This document shows positions 25,810-38,800 of a stretch of DNA of 64,000 nucleotides, piece by piece. A model generated the notes under the pieces. The model was given only the letters and a program-made list of their open reading frames with translations, searched no databases and was not told the DNA's origin. The stretch is from Rhynchobatus australiae (taxonomy: Eukaryota). The stretch lies in contig JAUZTB010000086.1 of assembly GCA_034780895.1 (NCBI GenBank), forward strand, positions 3,286,525 to 3,350,524. Reading direction: 5' to 3'. The translations under genes and the position numbers were made by a program. How positions within the stretch are numbered: the stretch's first letter is position 1; the number at the start of each line of letters is the position of its first letter.

Positions 25810-27905
25810 ATGTCATAATCATAGTTATGCAGCATAGAAGCAAACCCTTTGGCCCAATGTCTATGCTAACCAAGTTGCCTACCTGAGCTAGTCCCATTTG
25901 CCTGTGCTTTGGCTCATATCCCTCTAAATCTTTCATATCCATTGTAATTTTACCTTGCTTTTCCACTTCTGGTTGCCCATTCCAAATACCTCTGTGGGAA
26001 AAGTTGGAAAAGTTTCCCTTCAAGTTCCCTTTAAATCTTTCCCCTCTCACCCTCTACCTTCTAGTTTTAGACACCCCTTCCTACCCGGGGGAGGGGTGGG
26101 GAGGAAACTATGACCATCCACCTTTACTATGCCCCTAGTGATCTTATATACCTCCTATAAGGCCACCCCTCAGTCTTCTCTGAGCTCCAGGGAAGCTTAT
26201 CCAGTCTGTTGTAACTTAAGCCCTCCAGTCCCAGTAACATCCTTGTGAATCTATTCTGCACCCTTTCCAGCTTAATGACATTTTTCCTATAGCTAGGTGA
26301 CCAGAACTGCACACAATACTCCAAGTGCATTTCACCAACAATTTGTACAGCTGTAAAATAACATCTTAGATCTTGCCTTCATTGGTTAGGGCATTGAGTA
26401 CAAGTGTGATAAATGGCACCTTCATAACCCGTCTGCCTGTGCTGGCAATTTCAGGGAATTATGTAACCTGTATCCCTAGGTCTTGCAACACTCTCCAGGG
26501 CCCTGCCATTTACTGTGCAAATCCTGCCCTGGTTTAAATTCCCAAATGCAACACTTTGCACTTGTCTGAGTTAAATTTCATTTGTCATTCCTTAGCCCAC
26601 TTTCCCAGTTGACCAAGATCTTGATATGATCTTCGATGACCTTCATTGTCCACTGTACCACCAATTTTGGTGTCATCTGCATGCTTACTAACCATACCAA
26701 CAACATTCTCATCCAAATTATTAAACTAGATGACAAACAGATAACCCAGCGGCAAACCACCTATCACAGGCCTACAATATGAAAAGCAATGCTCCACTAA
26801 CAACTATTGACTGTTGCCACCAAAATTATTTTGTATCTAACTGGCAAGCTCCAGTCTCCAATGCAGGACCTTGTCAAAGGCCTTGCTGAAATCCATGTAG
26901 ACAACATCTACTACCCTGCTCTCATCAATCCTCTTAGTCACCTCCTCTTCAATAAAGTCAATCACTTGTGAGACAGGACTTCCCATGCTCAAAACAATGC
27001 TGACTATCAGAATCAGATTTATTATCACTGACTTGCATGAAATGAAATTTGTAGTTTTGCAGCAATAGTATAGTGCAAAGACATAAAATTACTATAAATT
27101 ACAAAATAAAATAAATAGTGCAAAAAAAGGAATAATGAGGTAGTATTCATGGACCATCCAGAAATCTGATGGTGGAAGGGAAGAAGCTGTTCATAAATGG
27201 TTGAATGTGGGTCTTCAGGCTCATGTACCTCCTACCCAATAGTAGTAACGAGAAGAGGTCATGTCCCAGATGATAAGGATCCTTAGCAATGGATGCTGCC
27301 TTCTAAGGCACACCTCTTTAAGTCCTTGATGTGGGGAGGGTTGTGCCCCTGATGGAGCTGGCCTTTCCAAATGTAGGTAGATCCTGTCTTTCAGAAATCC
27401 CCCCCCCAGTAACTTTTGCACCACCGATGTTGGGCTCAATAGCTCGTTGTTCCCTGGCTTGTCCTTCCAGTCCTTGAGGGCACAACATTAATCACTCTCC
27501 CAGTATTTCACCCATGGCTAATGATGATACAGATATCTCTGCAAGGGCCCCAGCAGTTTCTTTTCTGGCTTCCCACAATGTCCTAGGATATTCTTGGTCT
27601 GGCCCCAGGGATGTATCCACCTTTATGTGCTTTAAGACCGCCAGCACCACCTCTTTTGTAATGTGGGTATGTTTCAAGACATTGCTATTCTCTTCCCTGA
27701 ACTCCCTAACTTCCATGACCACCTTCGTGGTAAATACAGATGAGAACTATTAATTTAAGACTTCTCCCATCTCCTATGGCTCCACATATAGATGATGTTA
27801 TTGATTCTTAAGAGGACCTATTCTCTCCCTGTTGCTCTTAATATATTATAGTTTCTGTTAGGATTTTCCTTTACCTTTCTAAAGTTATCTCATGTCCTTT
27901 TTTTT
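25810..27905 (-). mobile_element. CR1/HER1 LINE fragment interrupted by a Rex1-type insertion (27008-27360)
   Basis: Minus-strand HLEYCVQFWSPSYRK..IKLERVQ.RFTRML, FEEVTKRIDE.RVVDVVYMDFSKAFDKV and KVDTSLGPDQEYPRTLWEAR; Rex1 tail atcagaatcagatttattatcactgac nested inside. Confidence 0.88.
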
Positions 27906-28929
27906 TGCCCTGATTTCTTTAAGTATACTCTTAGTTCTGTCTTTCCCAGTAGACCTCAAGGGCTAATTCGCTTTATTGCTCAAAACTGGTGTGTATCTTT
28001 TGTATGGTGGGACTTAACCAGAAGTGGTCTTGGCTGCATTTTCAAACTTGGATAGATGGTGTTAGGAATGTGTAATGGACAGAAAGACGCAGCCAATGGG
28101 CAGCGTGAAAATGGGTGGATTATGTTTTAAATTTTAAGATCCTACATTTCATTCTGCTGCTTGTGATCAATGTTGATAGTGATTCCAGAAGTCTTCAACT
28201 CCATTGATCTTGACATCTGGTGTTAACATGTGAATGCTCAACATGAGTTCCTAAAAGGACCTAGCAGTAAAACATCACAAAAAGCAGATAATATGTTTCT
28301 TTCATCTTCAGCATGTTTACATCATTCCATCTATAATTAGACCTTTGGAATCAACCCTAGCACGAGTGGTAATCTGGCACTTTTCTGCTTCTTTCCCCAT
28401 ATTCTTCAAGCAATCAGGAAGACTAAGAGCATGCTTTGCATTTATTAATATTTAGCCAAGTGTGTTTTGAACAAAATGGTGTCCTATTATGAGTTTCCAT
28501 GACAGTGCTGTGATTCTGAAGATGGGTGATAACATTCCCTCCTGAATAAGGCTTTCAGAATACAGGGTGGGGTCATTCATTCCACAATGCCTTTGTTTGC
28601 TTTTTGAAAATTTCCACTTTTGTCTTGTCTCTCAAAATACCCATCCAGCTCTGCATGGCTACTTGCTACTTGTGTCATAAAGTTCGAACACAAATGCAAG
28701 ATTATTTTGGATTGGGAGTGTTGAATGTGAATAGCTGTTTCACCATTTGAGCATGGGTCATTATGGATGTCAGCAGCAAATTCTAAATTGCTATTACATT
28801 GAGCCAAAAGTATGTCTGATCATGGGGTATTTGTGTTTGATAAATCCATTTAATTATAATCATTAAAGTTACAAATGTATATTCACTCTTCTATCGCAAC
28901 GGAATGTGAAATTTAAAAAAAATTAAGTC

Positions 28930-29311
28930 GGGGATTGAGTATAAAAGTTGGGAGGTTGTGGTGTGGTTGTACAGAATGCTGGTGAGGCCGCACTTGGAGT
29001 ATTGTTATGTTTTGGTCATCCTATTATTGGAAAGATGTTATTAAACTGAAAAGAGTGCAGAAAAGATTTATGAGGATGCTGCTAGGACTTGGACTGAGTT
29101 ACAGGGAGAGGTTGGACAGGCTAGGACTTTATTCCTTAGAGCATAGGAGACTGAAAGGTGATCTTATAGAGGTGTATAAAATCATGAGGAGCATAGATAG
29201 GGTGAATGCACTCAGTCTTTTTCCCCCAGAGTTAGGGAATCAAGAACTAGAGGGCATAGGTTTAAGGTGAGAGGGGAAAGATTTAATAGGAACTTGAGGG
29301 GCAACTTTTTT
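28930..29311 (+). mobile_element. CR1/HER1 LINE 3' fragment running into a gap
   Basis: FWSSYYWKDVIKLKRVQKRFMRMLLGL..SYRERLDRLGLYSLEHRRLKGDLIEVYKIM. Confidence 0.9.
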
Positions 29312-31249
29312 NNNNNNNNNNNNNNNNNNNNNNNNNNNNNNNNNNNNNNNNNNNNNNNNNNNNNNNNNNNNNNNNNNNNNNNNNNNNNNNNNNNNNNNNN
29401 NNNNNNNNNNNNNNNNNNNNNNNNNNNNNNNNNNNNNNNNNNNNNNNNNNNNNNNNNNNNNNNNNNNNNNNNNNNNNNNNNNNNNNNNNNNNNNNNNNNN
29501 NNNNNNNNNNNNNNNNNNNNNNNNNNNNNNNNNNNNNNNNNNNNNNNNNNNNNNNNNNNNNNNNNNNNNNNNNNNNNNNNNNNNNNNNNNNNNNNNNNNN
29601 NNNNNNNNNNNNNNNNNNNNNNNNNNNNNNNNNNNNNNNNNNNNNNNNNNNNNNNNNNNNNNNNNNNNNNNNNNNNNNNNNNNNNNNNNNNNNNNNNNNN
29701 NNNNNNNNNNNNNNNNNNNNNNNNNNNNNNNNNNNNNNNNNNNNNNNNNNNNNNNNNNNNNNNNNNNNNNNNNNNNNNNNNNNGTATTTGATTTACAGTG
29801 AGCACTATTTCCTACTGTTAAATTGTATAATGGATTTCTCATTAATCCAAAGCTGCTTCAGATGCAGACTTTATATAAAGATTGCAGTGTAAATCACTGA
29901 ATTCCAAGAAGTAGTTTCACAGCAAATTATCTTCATGCTGAGTAGTATATAACCTCTAAATAGTTCTTTCTTAGTAAACCTGTGGGAGGTGTGACAAGTT
30001 TCATTCTGGGTAGAAAGCAGTGCACAGCTTAACTTGGGCAGTTGGGCTGTGCTTGTGCATGATAATAGTACTAACTACAGCAAGAGAATGTGGAATAATT
30101 ACATAGAAACATAGAAAATCTACAGCACATACAGGCTCTTCAGCCCACAAAGTTGTGCCGAACATGTTCCTACCTTAGAAATTACTGGGCTTACCTATAG
30201 CCCTCTTTTTCTCAGCTCCATGTACCTATCCAAAAGTCTCTTAAAAGGCCCTATCATATCCGCCTCCACTATTCAATTGAGTCAGTCAATATCATTTAAA
30301 AAGGAATTGAATAAATATTCAAAGAGGAACAATATTCTTTTAAAAAATCAGAATATAGGAGGATAAAAATCCATTTTGAGTAGACACATAGATGATGATT
30401 GTATTGGAACCATATAATAAAACGTGAGGCCAACATGCAGTCCATCTTTGAGCTGTATGTTACTCCCAATCCTGTACTCTTGATGACCTAACAAACTTTT
30501 TTCGTCTTAAGGTATTTGTCCAGTTTATTTTAAGTTAATCTGATTCCTCCACTCTTGAGATAAAACTTGTAATACCTCTGGTATTACGTGATAGCAGAAC
30601 TGTAAATTTTGAACACTTGAAAGGTCACATTACTGATGCAGATAAAGTTGGATAGAATATTGAATGTTACAAGCCTACCCATCAATTATATTATCCATTG
30701 GGACTAGTAATAAACAGCAATGCATGTAGTTTATGGGTTCTTGGATACAGTACAGAAAGAACAGTAAGTGAAAAGTCCACTGAGCAGAGTGTTTCCAACA
30801 AATTAAGATGATGGTGAGTTTATAGATTGTTATTCCTTTTATATATTCCTTTTCATAATTTTTTTTATTTCTCTCCACAGTTTGTGGTTTGTGCAGGCAT
30901 GCTCATTTTAGTGCATTCTTTATGCTTGGCTAGTTTCTGACCTCAGTAGGCGAGTGTTGTAAGCAAATGATTATTTTGCATTTCCCTAAAAAGTCAGAGA
31001 AAAATATTTTTATTTAGTTACCCAGGGCTGTGCATGACATGTTGTAGAACTCTGTTCCAGAGCCCCTTCATCAGGTCTTTCAAATCAATAATCCCACTGT
31101 TGTCTCGCAGGGTGTAGCATGGTAGAACTCGCTCTTTTAAACAGTCTCTTTCTGAGGATTACTTGTTTACAACTCCACTAATCTGGGTTTGAGGTGGTTG
31201 ATAATGCCTATTCAGAATCTGAATCTTCAGGTGGGGCAAGAGGTACTAG

Positions 31250-31850
31250 ACAGGAGGTGCATTCGGGAATTTTGCCACTTCTTTTTTTCCCCTCACTGTT
31301 AGGGCTGCCTTATGATATGCTTAATGCTGCCTTGTATGCAGCTTCTCCATTTTGAATGGTTCTGAGTCGGGAGTTCCTGTAAATTGATGATGTTGCATAT
31401 TTGTTTTTCCAAGGATTCCTGAAAAGTTTTTTATTTCCCCTTGGACATCTTTTTCTATTTTGTGTGTCTGTTGTCAGGCATATGACCCACCTATCAGGNN
31501 NNNNAGCATATTTAGAGTATGATGGCCTGGGGACAAAAGTTGACATTGGAGAGTTTTGCTGAGAGTCCTGAGTGATTGGAAGTGCCCACAATAGGTATTC
31601 CATGTGGCTGAAGTTTACATGAGGGTGTGATCACTGCTGTTCAACAGTACTGGGTTTGAGCTCTTGATCTTGAGCTACCCTTTTCTTCAGATAGTTAATT
31701 GTGCTCTTCCCCAGGAGATGTCGATGATTTTCATCATCCTTTTGAAAAGGGTTGCTCCTACAATATTGAGGATGATATATGTTTATAGCATCTTGTTATG
31801 GGTCTTGATTGTCACGAGATTGTGGTGTGGTAGGTTGGTAAAGGTGGAGC
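31250..31850 (-). mobile_element. Degenerate RTE-clade LINE fragment
   Basis: Minus-strand pieces LKKR..QDQELKPST, ATWNTY, MPDNR, KRCPRG.KK and HSKW..CIQG fit the RTE C-terminal pattern. Confidence 0.55.
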
Positions 31851-33329
31851 AATACAGAATGGACATTTGGAAAATAGTAGAGAGCAAGTAAAAGAGGAGA
31901 AAATAGTAGAAAGCAAGTAAAATGATTAAGGGTTATTGAAAACAAAAATGGCAAGAGATTGCAAGGAAAGCCTTTGAAATAAGAATTTTGCTACTTAACT
32001 GTTCAGCTGTCTCTTGAAATAACTTGGCTTCTGAAGAGTTTTCTTAAAAGCCTCCAAGTTGAATTGCTATTTTTGGGGAGGGGGGTGAAGAACAGTTTTG
32101 CCTTAACTGTTTGCTGGCAAACAATTTAATTTGTTGTTACAGATTGTAATTATTGACGCAGTGAATTATGTTAATTTACTTGTGGAAGTGAGCCCATTCT
32201 AGGCGTGGAAAAATAATGTGTGCAGCTGTGGTTTTTTTTTGCATAGCCGTGCTGACTTAGAAGGGATGTTCCACAGTCTCTCTAGAGACTCTTATCTATG
32301 ACATTTTGAGAAGTTAGATAGTGAATTACGCTGCATTCCAGATGCAATCATGAGGAATCACGTGTGGACCAAAGTCTAAATCAAGGGTACTTCCATAGTC
32401 CATCTGGAAAAAAGGTATCTTTTTAACTTTTAAAATCCTTTGCATCAAAAAGGAACGCCATAATGAGTGTGATCTCTTTACAGCTGTTTGTCTAAAGTTT
32501 TAGAACATATTTTGCCATGAGAATAGAGTAATGATTTGACATGTTATTACTCACTGTCTCGCCCCTCACCCCAGCTCTAATCTCCTGTTGAGGTGCTGAT
32601 TGGTTTCAGGGAACTGGTTCTAAATGTCTTTGCAGTGATAAGAGTTCTAAGTGCTGTTCTGTTTGAGAATCTTGAATATTTACATGCTGGTTATTTGGTT
32701 ATGGGATTTGGGAAGCAGGAAGACTATCTCATCAGAGCATTATGCTATCTTTATATGATGCCCCTATCTAAGTCTTCCAGCAGGAAATTCTGGTATAATG
32801 TTCAGAAATGGGAATTGTAGTCACTTTCCATTGTTCCAATCTAGCATTTATAATAGCTAACTTTTCTACCTTGGTTGAGAGCTCATTAAGAATAGAATTA
32901 ATGTTTTGTTTTCTATCTTGTTTTCTCCTGCCCTCCTCCTGTACTAACCTCCCACATTACGAACGTGACTAAAATTTAAAAATTGACTCTAAAGTGCTGG
33001 GGTACATTCCGAAGTGGTGAAAAGTGTAAGTAAAATTTTGACTTCTGAGTTAACACTAATACAAGGTTTTTGATTTAATTTTTGTATATATTTTGAATTG
33101 CCTTCAGTTTTTTTAATATATTTTTTGAGATACCTGTTAAAAACTACATTGCCACTTTATCCAAAAGTAGCTGTAAGAAATTTTAAGTCTGTTTTCCATG
33201 ATCAAGAGATGTGTAAACCTAATAAGGTTGGTGAACTTGGTTGTTTGCAGACTTGTCAATTTTTTTACCAAACAAAAATAGATCCTAGCTAGGAGGAAAG
33301 ATTCTAAGAAAGGGGTGAATCAACTGCAG

Positions 33330-34755
33330 CTAACCAAGATGAGGAGAGTATTAAGTTTAAAAAAGACTTTTAAAGAGCCAAAAAATAGTGGTAGACCCAA
33401 AGACTGGGATAAACTCAGAACCCAGTAAAAAAAGGATTTTTTTTAAGTGAGAAATTAAACTGAGGACAAACTAGGGAGAAATGTAAATGCAGATGATAAC
33501 GGTTTCTATAAGTATATGAAAAGGAAGTGCAAGCGTAGGCCCTTTAGAGAATGGGGTTGGGAAAATTGTTATGGTGAGCAAGGAAATGGGGGAGTTAAAC
33601 AAAGATTTTTATATCAGTCTAAATAGTAGAAGATACAATGAGCATCCTATTACTGAATAATTCCAGGGAGAAATGAATGCCATCACAAGAAATATCAGTT
33701 AACTTAATACTATAAGTTTCCTGGGCTGATGGCTTTTATCCTTGGACCCTGTAGGAAGTGGTTGCTGAGCTACTGGATGCATTAGTTGTAATCTTCCAAA
33801 AGTCCTTTGGTTGTGGAGAAATACTGGAGGACTAGAAAACTGCCGGTGTGCTACCCCTATTCAAAAAAAGNNNNNNNNNNNNNNNNNNNNNNNNNNNNNN
33901 NNNNNNNNNNNNNNNNNNNNNNNNNNNNNNNNNNNNNNNNNNNNNNNNNNNNNNNNNNNNNNNNNNGCCGCAGGTGGCTACAGACAGAGAAGGGGCGAAG
34001 TGGGAGTTAAGTCTGACAAATTGATTATTTTTGAGGAAGCTTTGACAAGAGTAGGTAGAAGGGGATCAGTAGGTATATCGTATTTGAACTTAGTGATGAT
34101 GATGAGATAGTTATGAGATGCCTCACAAAAGGTTGTCACAAGTTCAGAGTGTATGTTATTGGAGGAAATAGAGGGATTTAGTCCTTGTGCATTGAATGGA
34201 CCACAGAAAACTTGCATACAGATATGGAAAGTAATAGGGAAAGATAAGGGAACATTTGCCCATATTTCAAGTGGGTTAGAATGTAAAAGTAGGGAGGTCT
34301 TAGCACAACTGTACAGTGCACTAGTGCAGTCCCACTTGGAGTACTATGAACAATTTTGTATCCCTTATTTCATGAATGATATTTCACTGGAGGTATTTCA
34401 GAGAAGGTTCACTAAGATGATCCAAGGTACGGAGGGATTGTCCTCTGAAGAAAGGTCGAACAGGTTGGGTATCCACTCATTAGAATTTGGAAGAATCAGA
34501 GGTGATTTTATTGAAGAATAATATTCTAGACGGTAAATGTTAAGAGGATGTTTCCTTTTATAGGAGAGTCCAGAACCAATGAACAAGGTCATAGAATATG
34601 CAGGTACTCATTTAAGATTGAAATAAGGAAGGAATCATTTTCTCAGAGGTTTGAGTCTTTGGAACTCCTTGTCATGGAGAGATGTCGACAGAATTCGTGT
34701 ATACTTAAGGCTGAGATAGATTTCTAGTCAGTACGGGAATTGAGGATTATGGGAA
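33330..34755 (+). mobile_element. Old CR1-type LINE fragments
   Basis: LECKSREVLAQLYSALVQSHLEYYEQF..PY...LEVFQRRFTKMI...RLG.HSLEFGRIRGDFIE; upstream WRT and P.FKK motifs. Confidence 0.8.
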
Positions 34756-34789
34756 AGTGAGTTATGGAATGTTGATCAGCTTGAAGGGC

Positions 34790-35080
34790 TGGTTCCACTC
34801 TCCCCACACTTTGCTCTCCACAGGGAATGCTCTCTCCATGACTCTTTGGTCTGCATGTCTCTTCCCACCCACGCCATTTTCCTCTGCAATTGTAGGAGTT
34901 GTAATACTTGCCACTTCACCACCTTCCTCACCATCGTACAGGGATCTAAACACCCCTTCCTGTTGAGGCAGAGGTATGTGTGCTCCTCCTCCAACCTGCT
35001 CTATTGCATTTAGTGCTTGCGATGTGCCTCCTCTACATTAGTGAGACCAAGTGTAGACTAGGTGACTGGTTGTCAGATCA
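34790..35080 (+). mobile_element. Penelope-like element fragment (GIY-YIG endonuclease region)
   Basis: CNCRSCNTC linker, then NLLYCI*CLRC..LLYISETKCRLGD, matching GIY-YIG motif positions. Confidence 0.8.
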
Positions 35081-35613
35081 NNNNNNNNNNNNNNNNNNNN
35101 NNNNNNNNNNNNNNNNNNNNNNNNNNNNNNNNNNNNNNNNNNNNNNNNNNNNNNNNNNNNNNNNNNNNNNNNNNNNNNNNNNNNNNNNNNNNNNNNNNNN
35201 NNNNNNNNNNNNNNNNNNNNNNNNNNNNNNNNNNNNNNNNNNNNNNNNNNNNNNNNNNNNNNNNNNNNNNNNNNNNNNNNNNNNNNNNNNNNNNNNNNNN
35301 NNNNNNNNNNNNNNNNNNNNNNNNNNNNNNNNNNNNNNNNNNNNNNNNNNNNNNNNNNNNNNNNNNNNNNNNNNNNNNNNNNNNNNNNNNNNNNNNNNNN
35401 NNNNNNNNNNNNNNNNNNNNNNNNNNNNNNNNNNNNNNNNNNNNNNNNNNNNNNNNNNNNNNNNNNNNNNNNNNNNNNNNNNNNNNNNNNNNNNNNNNNN
35501 NNNNNNNNNNNNNNNNNNNNNNNNNNNNNNNNNNNNNNNNNNNNNNNNNNNNNNNNNNNNNNNNNNNNNNNNNNNNNNNNNNNNNNNNNNNNNNNNNNNN
35601 NNNNNNNNNNNNN

Positions 35614-35812
35614 GGTTTCACCCCCGGGTGCGACGCCCCCCCCCCCCCCCAGTGTGTCTCGCGGGTATCCAAGTGCGTGTGTGAGTGAGTGTACATCCGT
35701 TCATGTCAATCCTGTCCCGCGTTCCGTGTCTGTCACCTGTAATAAAGTTCTCCTTGTTAGTAAACCAGACTGTGGCCAGAATCCTTAATACTCTCAAGAC
35801 CCACACGAAACA
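35614..35812 (+). mobile_element. Probable 3' part of a young LTR (5' part hidden in the gap)
   Basis: CpG-rich stretch, AATAAA at 35741-35746, ends ...ACGAAACA, then an abrupt return to AT-rich DNA. Confidence 0.4.
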
Positions 35813-38800
35813 TTTCTGGGAACATTGACCTGCACAATTTGAGAAGTAAATTACCAGATTGTTGTGCTGTTTCAGAAGAATGCAAAACTGACTTGTCCTG
35901 TGTTCCTCCTGACTGTGTTTCCAGTAACCAGTTACAACTGTGGTGCTCTCACTCTCCAAAATTGGATAACTCTGGAAGTCTAAGTACAGAGCCTAGCAAA
36001 GTTGTGGATTATTTTGCTCTTTTATTCAAACAACTTGCATTCTTAAAGGGTCAGAGTTTTTCAAGCACTTTATTCCCAATCATCTGTGCGACGCCAAATA
36101 TTGATCCTTAAAGACCACAGATACCATTTTAACATTTGTTGCATTAGCCAGCCTGTTAAATGGGAGAACTATATTTATGAATTTGTTTGTGAACTGTCAG
36201 TGCTATTGTAATTGCTGATCCCTAACTTCACTGAAGTCTGCGCAATTGTCTGAGAATTAATATTCTTTGAGTGCAACTGTCAAGTAATGTTGTTTGACTA
36301 ATTTGTGGCACTGCTCTTCTACTCTTCTACAATGAGCATGAGATGGCTTTAGCACCCTGGCCCAGGAAGAAGATAAAACCTGCCCCTCATTGTGATCCAG
36401 TGACTTGTTAATATGTGAATATCCGGTTAGCTTGGGGATTGTTTTGGGTGTGATGCCTGCCCTGATGTACTTACACTTACTCTCCCAAACTTTGCATATA
36501 GAGCAGGTATTAGGCCAAACTATCATGGGGTCGAGCAACCCTGCGAAACAAAATCCCAGTAAGACCTGGGTCTTTTAGAAATCAAAAAATGGGACAATGT
36601 CATCATTGAAATAATTACCTGTTTTGTGTCTCCTTCAGGTTGGTTCAGGGTGATCTCTGCTGGATAATGTGCTTTAGGTTTGTACAGAGGATTGCTATAC
36701 TTTTTATATGTATATAGAGAACACTTTTTTTCATTTATGCTGTAGTTGAAGTAGCAGGAGATTTGCATCATGTATCTTGTAATGATGTCAGTTTCCCTTT
36801 GTCACCCCAGGGAGTTGAACTTGGGAAGTGGCATTTATATTGGTTTACTTTACTGACTTTGTTCATGAATTTTACAGTATTTAAAAAAAAATCTTTTGCT
36901 GTTTTAGGTATTCAGATTAAATGTCCTGTACAGTGAAAAATGAAAGTTCTTCCTAGTTTCTCTGCAGGTTCTCAGTTCTGCATTTTTTTAAAGCAGTAAC
37001 ATTATCTGTATTAAATACAAATTGTAGCCAGTTTTCTCTCCATTTGAAGAGAGAGTTTTATAATGCAGACAATGATTTGTTTAGAGATTAATTGAGGCAC
37101 TTGAACTTGTTGCAAGTTTTCCAAATTGCTTACGTAAATTGTAAAAGTATTTTTGTGAGGAGGTGAATGTCTGAATTAACTAGCCTTAAGCAAATCTTCT
37201 GCAGTATTTTCACCAGAATTTCAGCAGTGTATAATGGTTGACATAGGAAAGTATTCTTTTTAGGCTATAACTAAGTTTCTGCAGGAGTTTGTACTTTCAT
37301 CAGATTGACTCCATAAAGCACCTATAATTTGTTGTTTTATAGTGTATTTAATGCATTAATATGCTTCAAGGTTTTTGCAAAATTATAATTAGAATCGAAA
37401 GGTCAATGAGATGGATTTTAAGCAGCATTTTAAAGGATGAAGGGCAGATGTTTGCTGAGTGAATTCTAGAAATGAGGCCTGATGTCTGTGGATGGTGAGC
37501 GAAGGTACTGAGGGATGTATTAAAGGCTAAACCCCAAGGAACATTTCTCAAAAGGCTGCTGAATTTCATTGAAGTCACAAAGGGCAGGCTGTGGGAGAGA
37601 TTTGAAAGCCAAGCTAGGAATTTTAAAATTAAGATGTTAGTGGACAGGAAGTCAGTTTAAAACCCCTCTTATTTTTGTTTCAGGAATCCCTTCCTGAACT
37701 CTTCTTCACTGCAACTTCCTCAATTCCATGTTCCAGCCTGTGCTTGTAGCACCATCCAAATAAAGTAGTTACTGCTTTGGTGATTATTCCTTTTTATGTA
37801 AAATGCTGAGTGACAATGAGGCTTGAAGATCACAAAGATGGAGGGAGAGAGAAGATCACGTTAATCATAAACACAGCCAAACACAGGAGCAAATTGGCCT
37901 GTGAAATATTTATTCATGGCTGTGTTGTTTCTTCTTTTTGGTAATCTTTAACCATTACCATGGTCGTGTTTAATGATTAAAGCTATTGATAGTGCATATA
38001 TCCCAAAATTATGGTAGAAGTTTGGATTTTCTACTTTCCTTGCAGGAAGTTTATTCTAATTGCTCTTGTGAACATTTTTTGGTGTACTTTATTCTTGTTT
38101 TCTTCTGCAAGCAAACATAGTTTGTTAGCTTCGCCTTACGATATAAAGATAATGGAAATGTGTGTATTTATAACTTCTAGGTTAAACACATTTTCTGATT
38201 CCCAAGATCATAGTCATGCAGCTTCTGTTACTTTGGGCTGGAATTTAAGATAGAAGTGAATTCTTTGGTACAGCTTTTAAAATGTCAGTTTTGAAAGCCT
38301 ATTGAATAAAAGGCTCTTGGATGCATCGAATGTATTCCATAGTTTTCCGGTCAGGATATGAAATGAAATAGGTTTTGAAACTGCAGAATCACTTTCACTG
38401 ATTTTGCTTCTTGAAATGCATCATCAATTGCAAACAAAATTTTGCCCATGTCAGTGTTCTGTACCTCAGGTGGTAAAGCAGTGTGTAAATGAACTATACA
38501 GTTGGGGGAGTCCTAGATTTCCACTTGTATTCTTAGTTGATTTCTCTCTGCTATATTTGCAACCGGCACCATGAGTTGAACAAGTATGCTGGAATTCTCA
38601 CTCCAGTTTTTGAAGCAGTAATTGTCTTTCCTATGTGCATTAATGTTGATGGGTATGTTGTTCCTTGTGTAAAATTTGTTGTTATTTATTTGAGATTTTC
38701 ATTCCTGAGTTTCATACCATCACCTTTCTGTACAGTTCAGTGTTGGGATCTGCCCATTGTTTAAAACCTGATGCTGGATTTCTGCATAGAGTTTGGGTCA

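Noticed and set aside
29212-29842. Long ORFs of 170-230 aa here and at 34980-35696 and 61065-61715
   Set aside because: They consist almost entirely of N-gap translation.
31870-31922. 24-bp near-perfect direct repeat
   Set aside because: Two-copy local slippage duplication; not CRISPR-like, and the context is eukaryotic.
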